From NCBI GenBank assembly GCA_030690215.1, contig JAUYHD010000016.1, forward strand, positions 17,681 to 81,680: 64,000 nucleotides of DNA. Direction: 5' to 3'. This document shows, piece by piece, positions 56,810-64,000 of the stretch. The position numbers and the translations under genes were made by a program. Numbering within the stretch: position 1 is the stretch's first letter; each line of letters begins with the position of its first letter. The notes under the pieces are model-generated. The model ran no database searches. It was not told the DNA's origin and saw only the letters and a program-made list of their open reading frames with translations. This stretch comes from a bacterium. Lineage in GTDB: Bacteria; Patescibacteriota; Minisyncoccia; 1-14-0-10-42-19.

Positions 56810-58624
56810 ATGCCAAAAAATCAAGCAGACATTGACCATATCCGCCATTCCCTTTCGCACCTATTGGCGATGGCGGTACTCAAAAAATTCCCTAAGGCAA
56901 AACTCGGTATCGGCCCCACAATAGAACATGGGTTTTATTATGATTTCTTGTTTCAGAATCATGAATCTGCCCTTCGACAAAGCTCAGGACAGGGAATCAA
57001 GAATCAAGACCTCAAAGACATAGAAAAGGAAATGAAAGAACTCATAAAAAGAAACCTCTTATTTTCAGGAAAAAAGATAACAGCAAAAGACGCTGAAAGT
57101 ATCTTTAAAAACCAGCCATTTAAAAAAGAATTGGCAAAGGATTTTAAAAAAGAAAAGAGGACGCTTACCGCATACGCAACATGCCCCCCTAATTCTAAAT
57201 TCATAATTCATAATTCCACAAATCAACAAAATGACTGTTTTGTTGATTTGTGCAAGGGCGGACATGTTACAAACACCAACGAAATAAATCCCGATGGATT
57301 TACGCTCACCAAAATTGCTGGTGCCTATTGGAAGGGAGACGAAAAAAAACCCCAGCTTACGCGCATCTATGGTGTCGCGTTCGCATCCAAAAAAGAATTG
57401 GATGATTATCTTGCGATGCAAGCGGAAGCGGAACGCCACGACCATAAAAAACTTGGACCCGAACTTGATTTGTTTACATTCTCCGAGCTTGTAGGGCCCG
57501 GATTGCCTCTCTGGACTCCAAAGGGAACGCTCCTGCGAAACATTCTTGATGATTTTGTATGGGAACTCCGCAAAAAAGCGGGATACGCTCAAGTAGACAT
57601 CCCCCATATCACCAAAAAAGCGCTGTACGAAAAAAGCGGTCACTGGGAAAAATTCCAAAACGAACTATTTAAAATAGAAACCCGCGAAGGGCATATTTTT
57701 GCGATGAAACCGATGAACTGCCCGCACCACACCCAGATTTACGCGCGAAAGCTTTGGAGCTGGCGCGAACTCCCCCAACGATACGCATCCACCACAAAAG
57801 TCTACCGCGACGAGCAATCGGGCGAACTTGCGGGGCTCTCCCGCGTACGCGCGATTACACAGGACGATGCGCATGTTTTTTGCCGCGCAGATCAGGCAAT
57901 TGGAGAAATGGAAAAAATTTGGGATATCATAACCGAATTTTATAAAAAATGCGGATTTTCCGATTTCACCATACGGCTTTCAACACATGATCCCAAACAC
58001 CCAAAAAACTATCTCGGCAAGCCTAACGTATGGAAAAAGACCGAAGCGCAATTAAAAGAGCTTATTGCAAAAAAACACGGCAAAGATTTTGTCTCTCTCC
58101 CCGAAGCCGCTTTTTACGGCCCTAAAATAGATTTTATGTTCCGCGACTCGCTCGGACGGCGTTGGCAATTAGCAACAATACAGCTTGATATGAATCTGCC
58201 CGAACGCTTTGATTTGTATTGCATTGACGAAGCAGGCAAAAAAGAACGGATTGTAATGATTCATGCCGCCATCATGGGTTCTATTGAGCGCTTCCTTGCG
58301 ATTTTAATTGAGCATACCGCAGGCGTATTTCCTTTTTGGCTCGCGCCAACGCAAATCCAAATCCTCACCGTCAACGACAAAGTATCGGCATACGCGGAGT
58401 CTGTTAAAAAAGAATTGGAAGCTCGTAATATCCGCGTAACGCTTGACGACAGAAACGAATCCATCGGGAAAAAAATCCGCGAAGCGGAAATGCAAAAAAT
58501 TCCTTATAGTTTTATCCTCGGCGAAAAAGAAAAAGACGCCGGCACCATCTCGGTTCGTGCACACGGCAAAAAAGATATGGGCGTAATGACTCTCCCGGCG
58601 TTTCTCAAACAGGCAGAAAAATAA
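56810..58624 (+). CDS. thrS: Threonyl-tRNA synthetase (lacks the N-terminal TGS domain) with a short in-frame repeat-derived insertion (NHESALRQSSGQG)
   Basis: HSLSHLLAMAV...GPTIEHGFYYDF; class II catalytic core; anticodon-binding C-terminus; nt 56971-56993 identical to 12161-12183. Confidence 0.9.
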   Translation: MPKNQADIDHIRHSLSHLLAMAVLKKFPKAKLGIGPTIEHGFYYDFLFQNHESALRQSSGQGIKNQDLKDIEKEMKELIKRNLLFSGKKITAKDAESIFKNQPFKKELAKDFKKEKRTLTAYATCPPNSKFIIHNSTNQQNDCFVDLCKGGHVTNTNEINPDGFTLTKIAGAYWKGDEKKPQLTRIYGVAFASKKELDDYLAMQAEAERHDHKKLGPELDLFTFSELVGPGLPLWTPKGTLLRNILDDFVWELRKKAGYAQVDIPHITKKALYEKSGHWEKFQNELFKIETREGHIFAMKPMNCPHHTQIYARKLWSWRELPQRYASTTKVYRDEQSGELAGLSRVRAITQDDAHVFCRADQAIGEMEKIWDIITEFYKKCGFSDFTIRLSTHDPKHPKNYLGKPNVWKKTEAQLKELIAKKHGKDFVSLPEAAFYGPKIDFMFRDSLGRRWQLATIQLDMNLPERFDLYCIDEAGKKERIVMIHAAIMGSIERFLAILIEHTAGVFPFWLAPTQIQILTVNDKVSAYAESVKKELEARNIRVTLDDRNESIGKKIREAEMQKIPYSFILGEKEKDAGTISVRAHGKKDMGVMTLPAFLKQAEK

Positions 58625-58682
58625 AAAAACCGACATAGAAGCCTGTGCCGGTTTAAGAAACTACTCTGGATTACTCAAAACT

Positions 58683-58910
58683 TTATACGTATCCTTGTTC
58701 CCCTTTTTTATAAATGAATGCTGCCCAATAAACGAGATACGATCCTACAAAAAAACCAAGACTAATGAACGACCAAATAACTCCTCCTGGCAACCTCCCT
58801 AAATAAAAGCTGCCCATTCCTATCAAACCGAAAAAAATAGTAAGAGCAAGAAACGTGCTCATGACAAGCACCGCATAAACACGTTCCCCCAAATCATCTT
58901 TTAATAGCAT
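58683..58910 (-). CDS. Small membrane protein (2 TM)
   Basis: 75-aa ORF, hydrophobic. Confidence 0.3.
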   Translation of the reverse strand: MLLKDDLGERVYAVLVMSTFLALTIFFGLIGMGSFYLGRLPGGVIWSFISLGFFVGSYLVYWAAFIYKKGEQGYV

Positions 58911-58931
58911 TTCTGATCCTCCTCCATTTTC

Positions 58932-59249
58932 TTAAACAAATGCAAATTGAGCTGCGTGCATGCCGTTTTCTTCGGTTATAATTCGTATTTCATGCACCTC
59001 ATGACTTGGTATAATGCGCATTTCGCCTTTTCTTTGAACAAAAAGGTTCCAGCGAGGGTAATGCGTTGCTAAATTGTACCTAAAATCTGCTATGTGCTGC
59101 ACTATGTCTTCTATCGTTTTTACACCAATCCATGAAGAAAATTCAAAATAAGAAACTTCAGAAAGGTCAATAGAGTCATTATTCGATAAACATATGAGAA
59201 CGCGCACTTTTTGTGCATGCTCTTGGTTGTTTCTACCCGATATGTCCAT
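58932..59249 (-). CDS. Hypothetical protein
   Basis: 105-aa ORF. Confidence 0.3.
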   Translation of the reverse strand: MDISGRNNQEHAQKVRVLICLSNNDSIDLSEVSYFEFSSWIGVKTIEDIVQHIADFRYNLATHYPRWNLFVQRKGEMRIIPSHEVHEIRIITEENGMHAAQFAFV

Positions 59250-59305
59250 ATCAACAATCCCCCTGACATGTTTTTAATTATCTTCCGAAAGAGTATCATA
59301 CATTC

Positions 59306-60238
59306 ATGAACAAGTCAAGAAACCAAAAACTTATTGTCCTCCTCGGCCCCACCTCATCCGGTAAATCCGCGTTGGGGATAAAACTTGCGCGCAGATTCAA
59401 CGGCGAGATTGTTTCGGCCGATTCGCGTCAGGTCTACAAAGGGTTGAATATATCTTCGGGTAAAATCACAAAAAAAGAAATGGGGGGTATTTCGCATTAC
59501 TGCCTTGACCTCGTCTCCCCAAAAACACACTACACGGTAATCCAATTTAAAAAAGAAGCGGAGAAAACCATTAAAAAAATAGAAAAAAGAGGTAAGATTC
59601 CTTTTGTTGTGGGGGGTAGCGCGTTTTATATCAAAGCGCTCGCCGATAATCCTGCCGTTCCCGAAGTGCCGGCAAACTGGAAATTGCGCCGAACGCTTGA
59701 AAAAAAATCAGCAGACGTGCTTTTTGCCATGCTCAAAAAATTGGACCCCCGCCGTGCGCGTACTATTGAAGCAAAAAATAAACGCCGTCTCATCCGCGCA
59801 ATAGAAATTGTGAAGACTACGGGCAAGCCCGTGCCTCCAAAAGTTATGAGTTATGAGTTAAGAGTTAAAAACAATGACTTGTTATTTCTTGGGATAAAGA
59901 TAGACGACAAAATACTTAAGAAAAAAATAGAGAAACGGCTGGATGAGCGCCTGCGCAAAGGAATGATACAAGAAATCAAAAAACTCCACGCTAGTCCGCC
60001 GGCTGGCGGAGGCGTGAGCTGGAAACGGCTTGATGAATTAGGGCTTGAACCTCGCTGGATAAGCAAATTTTTACAGAAAGAAATCACAAAAAAAGAAATG
60101 CGCGATAAACTCCTCCGCGATATATTCCGCTTTGTAAAACACCAGTACACCTGGTGGAAAAAAGAAAAGCGCATCCACTGGATACGCTCGCAAAGAGAGG
60201 CCGAGAAGCTGATACAAAAATTTCTAATTATCCGATGA
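59306..60238 (+). CDS. miaA: tRNA dimethylallyltransferase with an in-frame GTTATGAGTTA repeat insertion (VMSYELRV, nt 59843-59870)
   Basis: LIVLLGPTSSGKSALGIKLA P-loop; SADSRQVYKGLNI. Confidence 0.85.
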   Translation: MNKSRNQKLIVLLGPTSSGKSALGIKLARRFNGEIVSADSRQVYKGLNISSGKITKKEMGGISHYCLDLVSPKTHYTVIQFKKEAEKTIKKIEKRGKIPFVVGGSAFYIKALADNPAVPEVPANWKLRRTLEKKSADVLFAMLKKLDPRRARTIEAKNKRRLIRAIEIVKTTGKPVPPKVMSYELRVKNNDLLFLGIKIDDKILKKKIEKRLDERLRKGMIQEIKKLHASPPAGGGVSWKRLDELGLEPRWISKFLQKEITKKEMRDKLLRDIFRFVKHQYTWWKKEKRIHWIRSQREAEKLIQKFLIIR

Positions 60239-60430
60239 AAACGGATCAGACCCTTGGCGTTCGTGCGCTTTTTTAAGGGCTTCATCTAGCTTTTGGGGCG
60301 TCAATTCCCGTCCAAGCTCCTCTTCCAGCGCTTTTTTCATTTCATCTTGTTTATCAAGTTCTTTTTCTATTGCCCGCTCATCGGGTGTAGAAGCGTCTTT
60401 TTTCTGGGGAACGGGTTGTCCTTGATCCAT
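60224..60430 (-). CDS. Small charged coiled-coil protein
   Basis: 68-aa ORF. Confidence 0.3.
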   Translation of the reverse strand: MDQGQPVPQKKDASTPDERAIEKELDKQDEMKKALEEELGRELTPQKLDEALKKAHERQGSDPFSSDN

Positions 60431-60463
60431 GATAAAAAATAAATTTAATAGTAATGCCGACCC

Positions 60464-60670
60464 CTATTCCCCGTACGGGGGGCGAGTGTCTTTGGCTTTT
60501 CTTGCGACCTCTTTTGCAAGTTCTGCTTCGTCTTCCGTGAGCTCCCCGATCACTTTCTGAAGTTCTGCGTCTGCTTCTTCGGTCTTTTGCATTTTTTTCT
60601 CAAACGCTTTGCGTTTTTCTTTTTTGACCCCTTCTATGCGCTTTTCAAACGGATCTGATATTCGTTCCAT
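60464..60670 (-). CDS. Small charged coiled-coil protein
   Basis: 68-aa ORF; same size and composition as its neighbour. Confidence 0.3.
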   Translation of the reverse strand: MERISDPFEKRIEGVKKEKRKAFEKKMQKTEEADAELQKVIGELTEDEAELAKEVARKAKDTRPPYGE

Positions 60671-60694
60671 ATGTATTTTTATACTTAATGGTAA

Positions 60695-62179
60695 TTATGA
60701 TAACATCTTTTTCAATAATTCCTGAAGCATCGCGGGGTTGGCTGATCCTTTTGTCGCCCTCATCGTCTGCCCCACCAAAAACTTAAACGCATTTTCTTTG
60801 CCTTTTTTAATATCGGCGACAGCGTCGGGGTTTTCTTCAATAATTTTCTTAATTATTTTTTCTAGCTCGCCCGTGTCGCTCACCTGGCGCAATCCTTTTT
60901 CATCAACAATTTGCGATGGATCACCTCCTTTTTCAACCATCTCTAACAACACGTCTTTTGCAACACGGGAAGATACTTCGTTCGCGTGTATCATCTTTAT
61001 TAGTTCTGCAAAATTTTCGGGGGTTACCAAAAGCTCTCCCCACGGGATTTCTTTTTCTTTTACAATCCCCCGCAGGTCAGAGGTTAAATAATTCAGCGCG
61101 GTTTTCTTTATTTTTTCCTTATTTCCGCCCGTCACCCATTCAGATAATTCAGAAAGGCCTGCCTCTAAAAACGCGAGGAACGCCGTATCGTCAAGCGCCA
61201 TGATAAGCGCGTCATCCGAAAGCCCGTATTCGGCAGTAAGGCGCGCGCGCCTCTGGTATGGAAGCTCCGGCAATTCCGCTTTGAGTATTTCTATATCAAA
61301 TTCTTTGTGCGGATACACGGGAGGCAGGTCGGGTTCGGGAAAATACCGATAATCATGCGCTTCTTCTTTTGAGCGCTGGGAAAATGTTTTTTGTTTTTCT
61401 TCATCCCATCCGCGCGTCTCTTGTGTTACTTTTTCTCCTTTCTCCAACAATTCCCCTTGGCGCTTAATTTCGTAGGTGATTGCGCGTTCCACCGCACGAA
61501 ATGAATTTAAATTTTTTACCTCCACCTTCGTTCCAAGTTTTATTTTTGAAGTTTGATCATTAGCATTTGTTTGAAAATTGTCTGCCGGAAGCAGACTGAT
61601 ATTCGCTTCAATCCGGAGTTGCCCTTTTTCCATATCGGCATCAGACGCACCCAAATACCGCAACAACCGTTGGAACTCTTCGGAAAATTCGCGGACTTCA
61701 GAAGCGCTCGTAAAGTCGGGCTCCGTTACCATTTCCATCAACGGAACGCCTGCGCGATTAAAATCAACGAGAGTCGCCTGTTTTTCGTGCACAAGTTTGC
61801 CCGCGTCTTCTTCCAGGTGCACTCGCGTAATGCGGATTTCTTTTTGGACTTTCGAAAGATAAAGTTTGCCGTGCTCTACGAACGGATGCTTATACTGCGA
61901 AATTTGGTATCCTTTCGGCAAATCGGGATAAAAATAATTTTTACGATCAAACTGGGAATATTCGGATATCGTGCCATCAAGCGCAAGACCGATTCGCAAC
62001 ACATGGCGGATTGCTTCTTTATTTGCGACAGGCAATATACCCGGATGACCCATACACACAGGACAGACATTGATATTAGGATGCGCCTCATTCGGATCAT
62101 TTAAAGAATCGCAAAACATCTTTGTTTTGGTCTTGAGTTCCGCATGTATTTCTAGTCCAATTGTGGGTTGATATCCCAT
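60695..62179 (-). CDS. gatB: Asp-tRNA(Asn)/Glu-tRNA(Gln) amidotransferase subunit B
   Basis: MGYQPTIGLEIHAEL...CPVCMGHPG zinc site; C-terminal YqeY-like domain. Confidence 0.9.
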   Translation of the reverse strand: MGYQPTIGLEIHAELKTKTKMFCDSLNDPNEAHPNINVCPVCMGHPGILPVANKEAIRHVLRIGLALDGTISEYSQFDRKNYFYPDLPKGYQISQYKHPFVEHGKLYLSKVQKEIRITRVHLEEDAGKLVHEKQATLVDFNRAGVPLMEMVTEPDFTSASEVREFSEEFQRLLRYLGASDADMEKGQLRIEANISLLPADNFQTNANDQTSKIKLGTKVEVKNLNSFRAVERAITYEIKRQGELLEKGEKVTQETRGWDEEKQKTFSQRSKEEAHDYRYFPEPDLPPVYPHKEFDIEILKAELPELPYQRRARLTAEYGLSDDALIMALDDTAFLAFLEAGLSELSEWVTGGNKEKIKKTALNYLTSDLRGIVKEKEIPWGELLVTPENFAELIKMIHANEVSSRVAKDVLLEMVEKGGDPSQIVDEKGLRQVSDTGELEKIIKKIIEENPDAVADIKKGKENAFKFLVGQTMRATKGSANPAMLQELLKKMLS

Positions 62180-62323
62180 ATAATCTTTAGTATACTAGGA
62201 AAATATTCAATTATCAATTTACAATTTTCAATCAATTTTCGATGTTTAAAAATTAAAAATTGTCCCTCGATTCTGCTCTGGACCCTGAGCTTATCGAAGG
62301 GGAAATTAAAAATTCTTAATTTT

Positions 62324-62893
62324 ATGTTAAGCTACACCGACCTCACCAAAGGAACCGTTTTTGTAATGAACGGCGAACCATACGAAATCCTTGAAACAAA
62401 TTTTGTTCGCATGCAGCAACGAAAGCCGGTTGTTCAGGGAAAAATAAAAAATCTTCTCACGGGGAAGGTTGTTTCGCGCACATTCCACCAAAGCGAAACA
62501 TTTGAAGAAGCCGAGATAGAAAAAAAGGAAGCGGTCTTTGTCTACGAGCATCGGGGAAAGTTTATATTCACCGAACCGGATAGTCCGAGCGCGCGATTTG
62601 AATTAGACGAAGGTGCCATCGGAGAGCAAAAAAAGTTTCTAAAACCGAACCTCATCGTTACCCGCTATATTTTTAACGATACAGTCATCAATATCGCGCT
62701 CCCAATCAAAATAGACTATCTCGTAAAAGAAGCCCCGCCGAATGTTAAAGGAGATACCGCAACAGGCGGAAATAAAATCGTAACGCTCGAAAATGGACTT
62801 GAAATGGCGGTTCCTATGTTTATCAACCAGGGGGATGTGATACGAGTGAATACTGTAACAGGAGAATACACCGAACGCGTGGAAAAAAAATAA
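62324..62893 (+). CDS. efp: Elongation factor P
   Basis: MLSYTDLTKGTVFVMNGEPYEILE...NLLTGKV; three OB/KOW-like domains. Confidence 0.85.
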   Translation: MLSYTDLTKGTVFVMNGEPYEILETNFVRMQQRKPVVQGKIKNLLTGKVVSRTFHQSETFEEAEIEKKEAVFVYEHRGKFIFTEPDSPSARFELDEGAIGEQKKFLKPNLIVTRYIFNDTVINIALPIKIDYLVKEAPPNVKGDTATGGNKIVTLENGLEMAVPMFINQGDVIRVNTVTGEYTERVEKK

Positions 62894-63063
62894 TGAGTTG
62901 TGGGTTATGGGTTATCGGCCCACAAACAAAAAACAAAAACTCTCGGCGCACTGCCCGGGGGTTTTTTATTTCCAAAAACACCCCATAATTCTCTCTTTGT
63001 CTACATATCATGTGGGTTTTTCGCGTGATATAATAAAAAAAGTTCATTTACAAGGAGACAGAC

Positions 63064-63576
63064 ATGCAAGAAAGAGCCCTCTTTTTACGCTGGCTTCTAT
63101 TTGCGACTCTGCTTTGTTTAGGGGCGATCATCGCTACCAAAAAAGGCTTACTCGCTTTTATCGCGTCGGCAGACCCCACAAAAATAAGCTTTGGTATATT
63201 TCTTATTTTTACGTGCGCTATTCTCTTTTGCGGCCTCCTAGCATGGCGCATGAAAAATGATAAAGAGCGCTACATTAAAAACGATGCCAAGCACGAAGCA
63301 GAAGAGACTGAATTAAAAATAGACGACATGTGGTTCGTCGCTGACATTTGTGAATACCTCGGACTTGGAGGAACTATCCTTGGATTTATACTTTTGTTTG
63401 TCGGGGTAGATCTCCAAAACATAAGCGTCGACAAGCTCAAACCGTTGTTTAGCGCTTTTTGGAGGGGCGCCGGGACCGCGTTCCTCACAACCATTGTCGG
63501 CATCTTCTGCATGCTATTAATCAAAATAAAAGCACGGGGTCTCGAAAAAGCCCTGATACGGAAACGACGCCAATGA
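63064..63576 (+). CDS. MotA/TolQ/ExbB-family proton-channel-like membrane protein (short, 170 aa)
   Basis: 3 TM helices; LGLGGTILGF resembles the TolQ/ExbB GLxGT motif. Confidence 0.4.
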   Translation: MQERALFLRWLLFATLLCLGAIIATKKGLLAFIASADPTKISFGIFLIFTCAILFCGLLAWRMKNDKERYIKNDAKHEAEETELKIDDMWFVADICEYLGLGGTILGFILLFVGVDLQNISVDKLKPLFSAFWRGAGTAFLTTIVGIFCMLLIKIKARGLEKALIRKRRQ

Positions 63577-64000
63577 AAAAACGGGCATATTTTACCCGAA
63601 CGGCATTCTTTGACGTTTTCCTGAATATGCTCCTTATATTTATTTTTCTTTTCCTCCTGGCAATACTCCAGGTAAACCCGGAGAAAAAGAAAGACGAGGG
63701 CATCAAGCTCAACGAAAAATTTTTTATTGTCATGACCTGGAATAATGACCTGCATGACGACATAGATCTCTATGTAAAAGACCCCGAAGACCACCTTGTT
63801 TATTTTAACCGACGCGAAGATGGCCTCATGCATTTGGATCGGGATGATCTTGGGCAGTTGAATGATACTGTAATCACAAAAGACGGAAGGAAAATAGTTG
63901 TAGAAAAAAATGAAGAAAAAGTCGCGCTTCGCGACACCATCCCGGGAGAATATATTGTCAATGTTCATCTGTTCCGCAAAACAAGCAACGAATCGGTTGC
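63573..64000 (+). CDS. ExbD/TolR-like protein (partial, runs off the window)
   Basis: ATGA overlap with the upstream gene; N-terminal cytoplasmic stretch then single TM FFDVFLNMLLIFIFLFLL, as in ExbD/TolR. Confidence 0.4.
   Translation, partial: MKKRAYFTRTAFFDVFLNMLLIFIFLFLLAILQVNPEKKKDEGIKLNEKFFIVMTWNNDLHDDIDLYVKDPEDHLVYFNRREDGLMHLDRDDLGQLNDTVITKDGRKIVVEKNEEKVALRDTIPGEYIVNVHLFRKTSNESV

Noticed and set aside
63270-63968. 232-aa minus-strand ORF
   Set aside because: It overlaps, in antisense, the ExbB-like and ExbD-like plus-strand genes, which have coherent TM topology and start-stop coupling.
1-64000. CRISPR array
   Set aside because: No regularly spaced direct repeats with unique spacers. 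The repeat families seen are palindromic or simple-sequence, not repeat-spacer arrays.

Overview
This window looks like a stretch of a small, AT-rich genome from a Candidate Phyla Radiation (CPR/Patescibacteria)-like bacterium. The inference rests on small proteins, pervasive insertions in conserved genes, and a 16S rRNA with several large insertions. Housekeeping genes are recognisable: rpiB, gap, trxB, ccdA, serS, ndk, trmD, rpsP, smc-like, rnc, rpmF, rnhB, dnaE, thrS, miaA, gatB, efp, plus tRNA-Ala and tRNA-Ile. Accessory content includes a 1660-aa multidomain surface protein (Ig-like, beta/gamma-crystallin, SH3b-like, CBM6-like and right-handed beta-helix domains), two tandem FG-GAP propeller secreted paralogs, two HExxH secreted peptidases and a GH5-like/GH1 glycosidase pair. 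There is also a fused MoxR-AAA+/vWA protein, a NusB-NUDIX fusion, and a translationally coupled operon of three paralogous Cys/His-motif small proteins with an embedded SAM-methyltransferase. The most unusual signals are four. First, the 16S rRNA gene is about 2.23 kb with four insertions, one encoding a GIY-YIG nuclease, and its 3' end lacks a CCUCC anti-SD. Second, at least four families of small repeats (GC-rich palindromic, AT-rich simple-sequence, 95-bp hairpin, and CCCCGTTAGATGAGC palindromes) are inserted in intergenic DNA, in-frame inside conserved protein genes (rpiB, trmD, miaA, thrS) and inside rRNA/tRNA sequence. Third, three tandem small ORFs encode related Pro/Gly/Trp-rich peptides between the giant surface protein and the 16S gene. 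Fourth, both tRNA genes have adjacent partial tRNA duplicates. No CRISPR array, reverse transcriptase or 23S rRNA was seen. All functional calls are from motif recognition by eye; no database searches were run.
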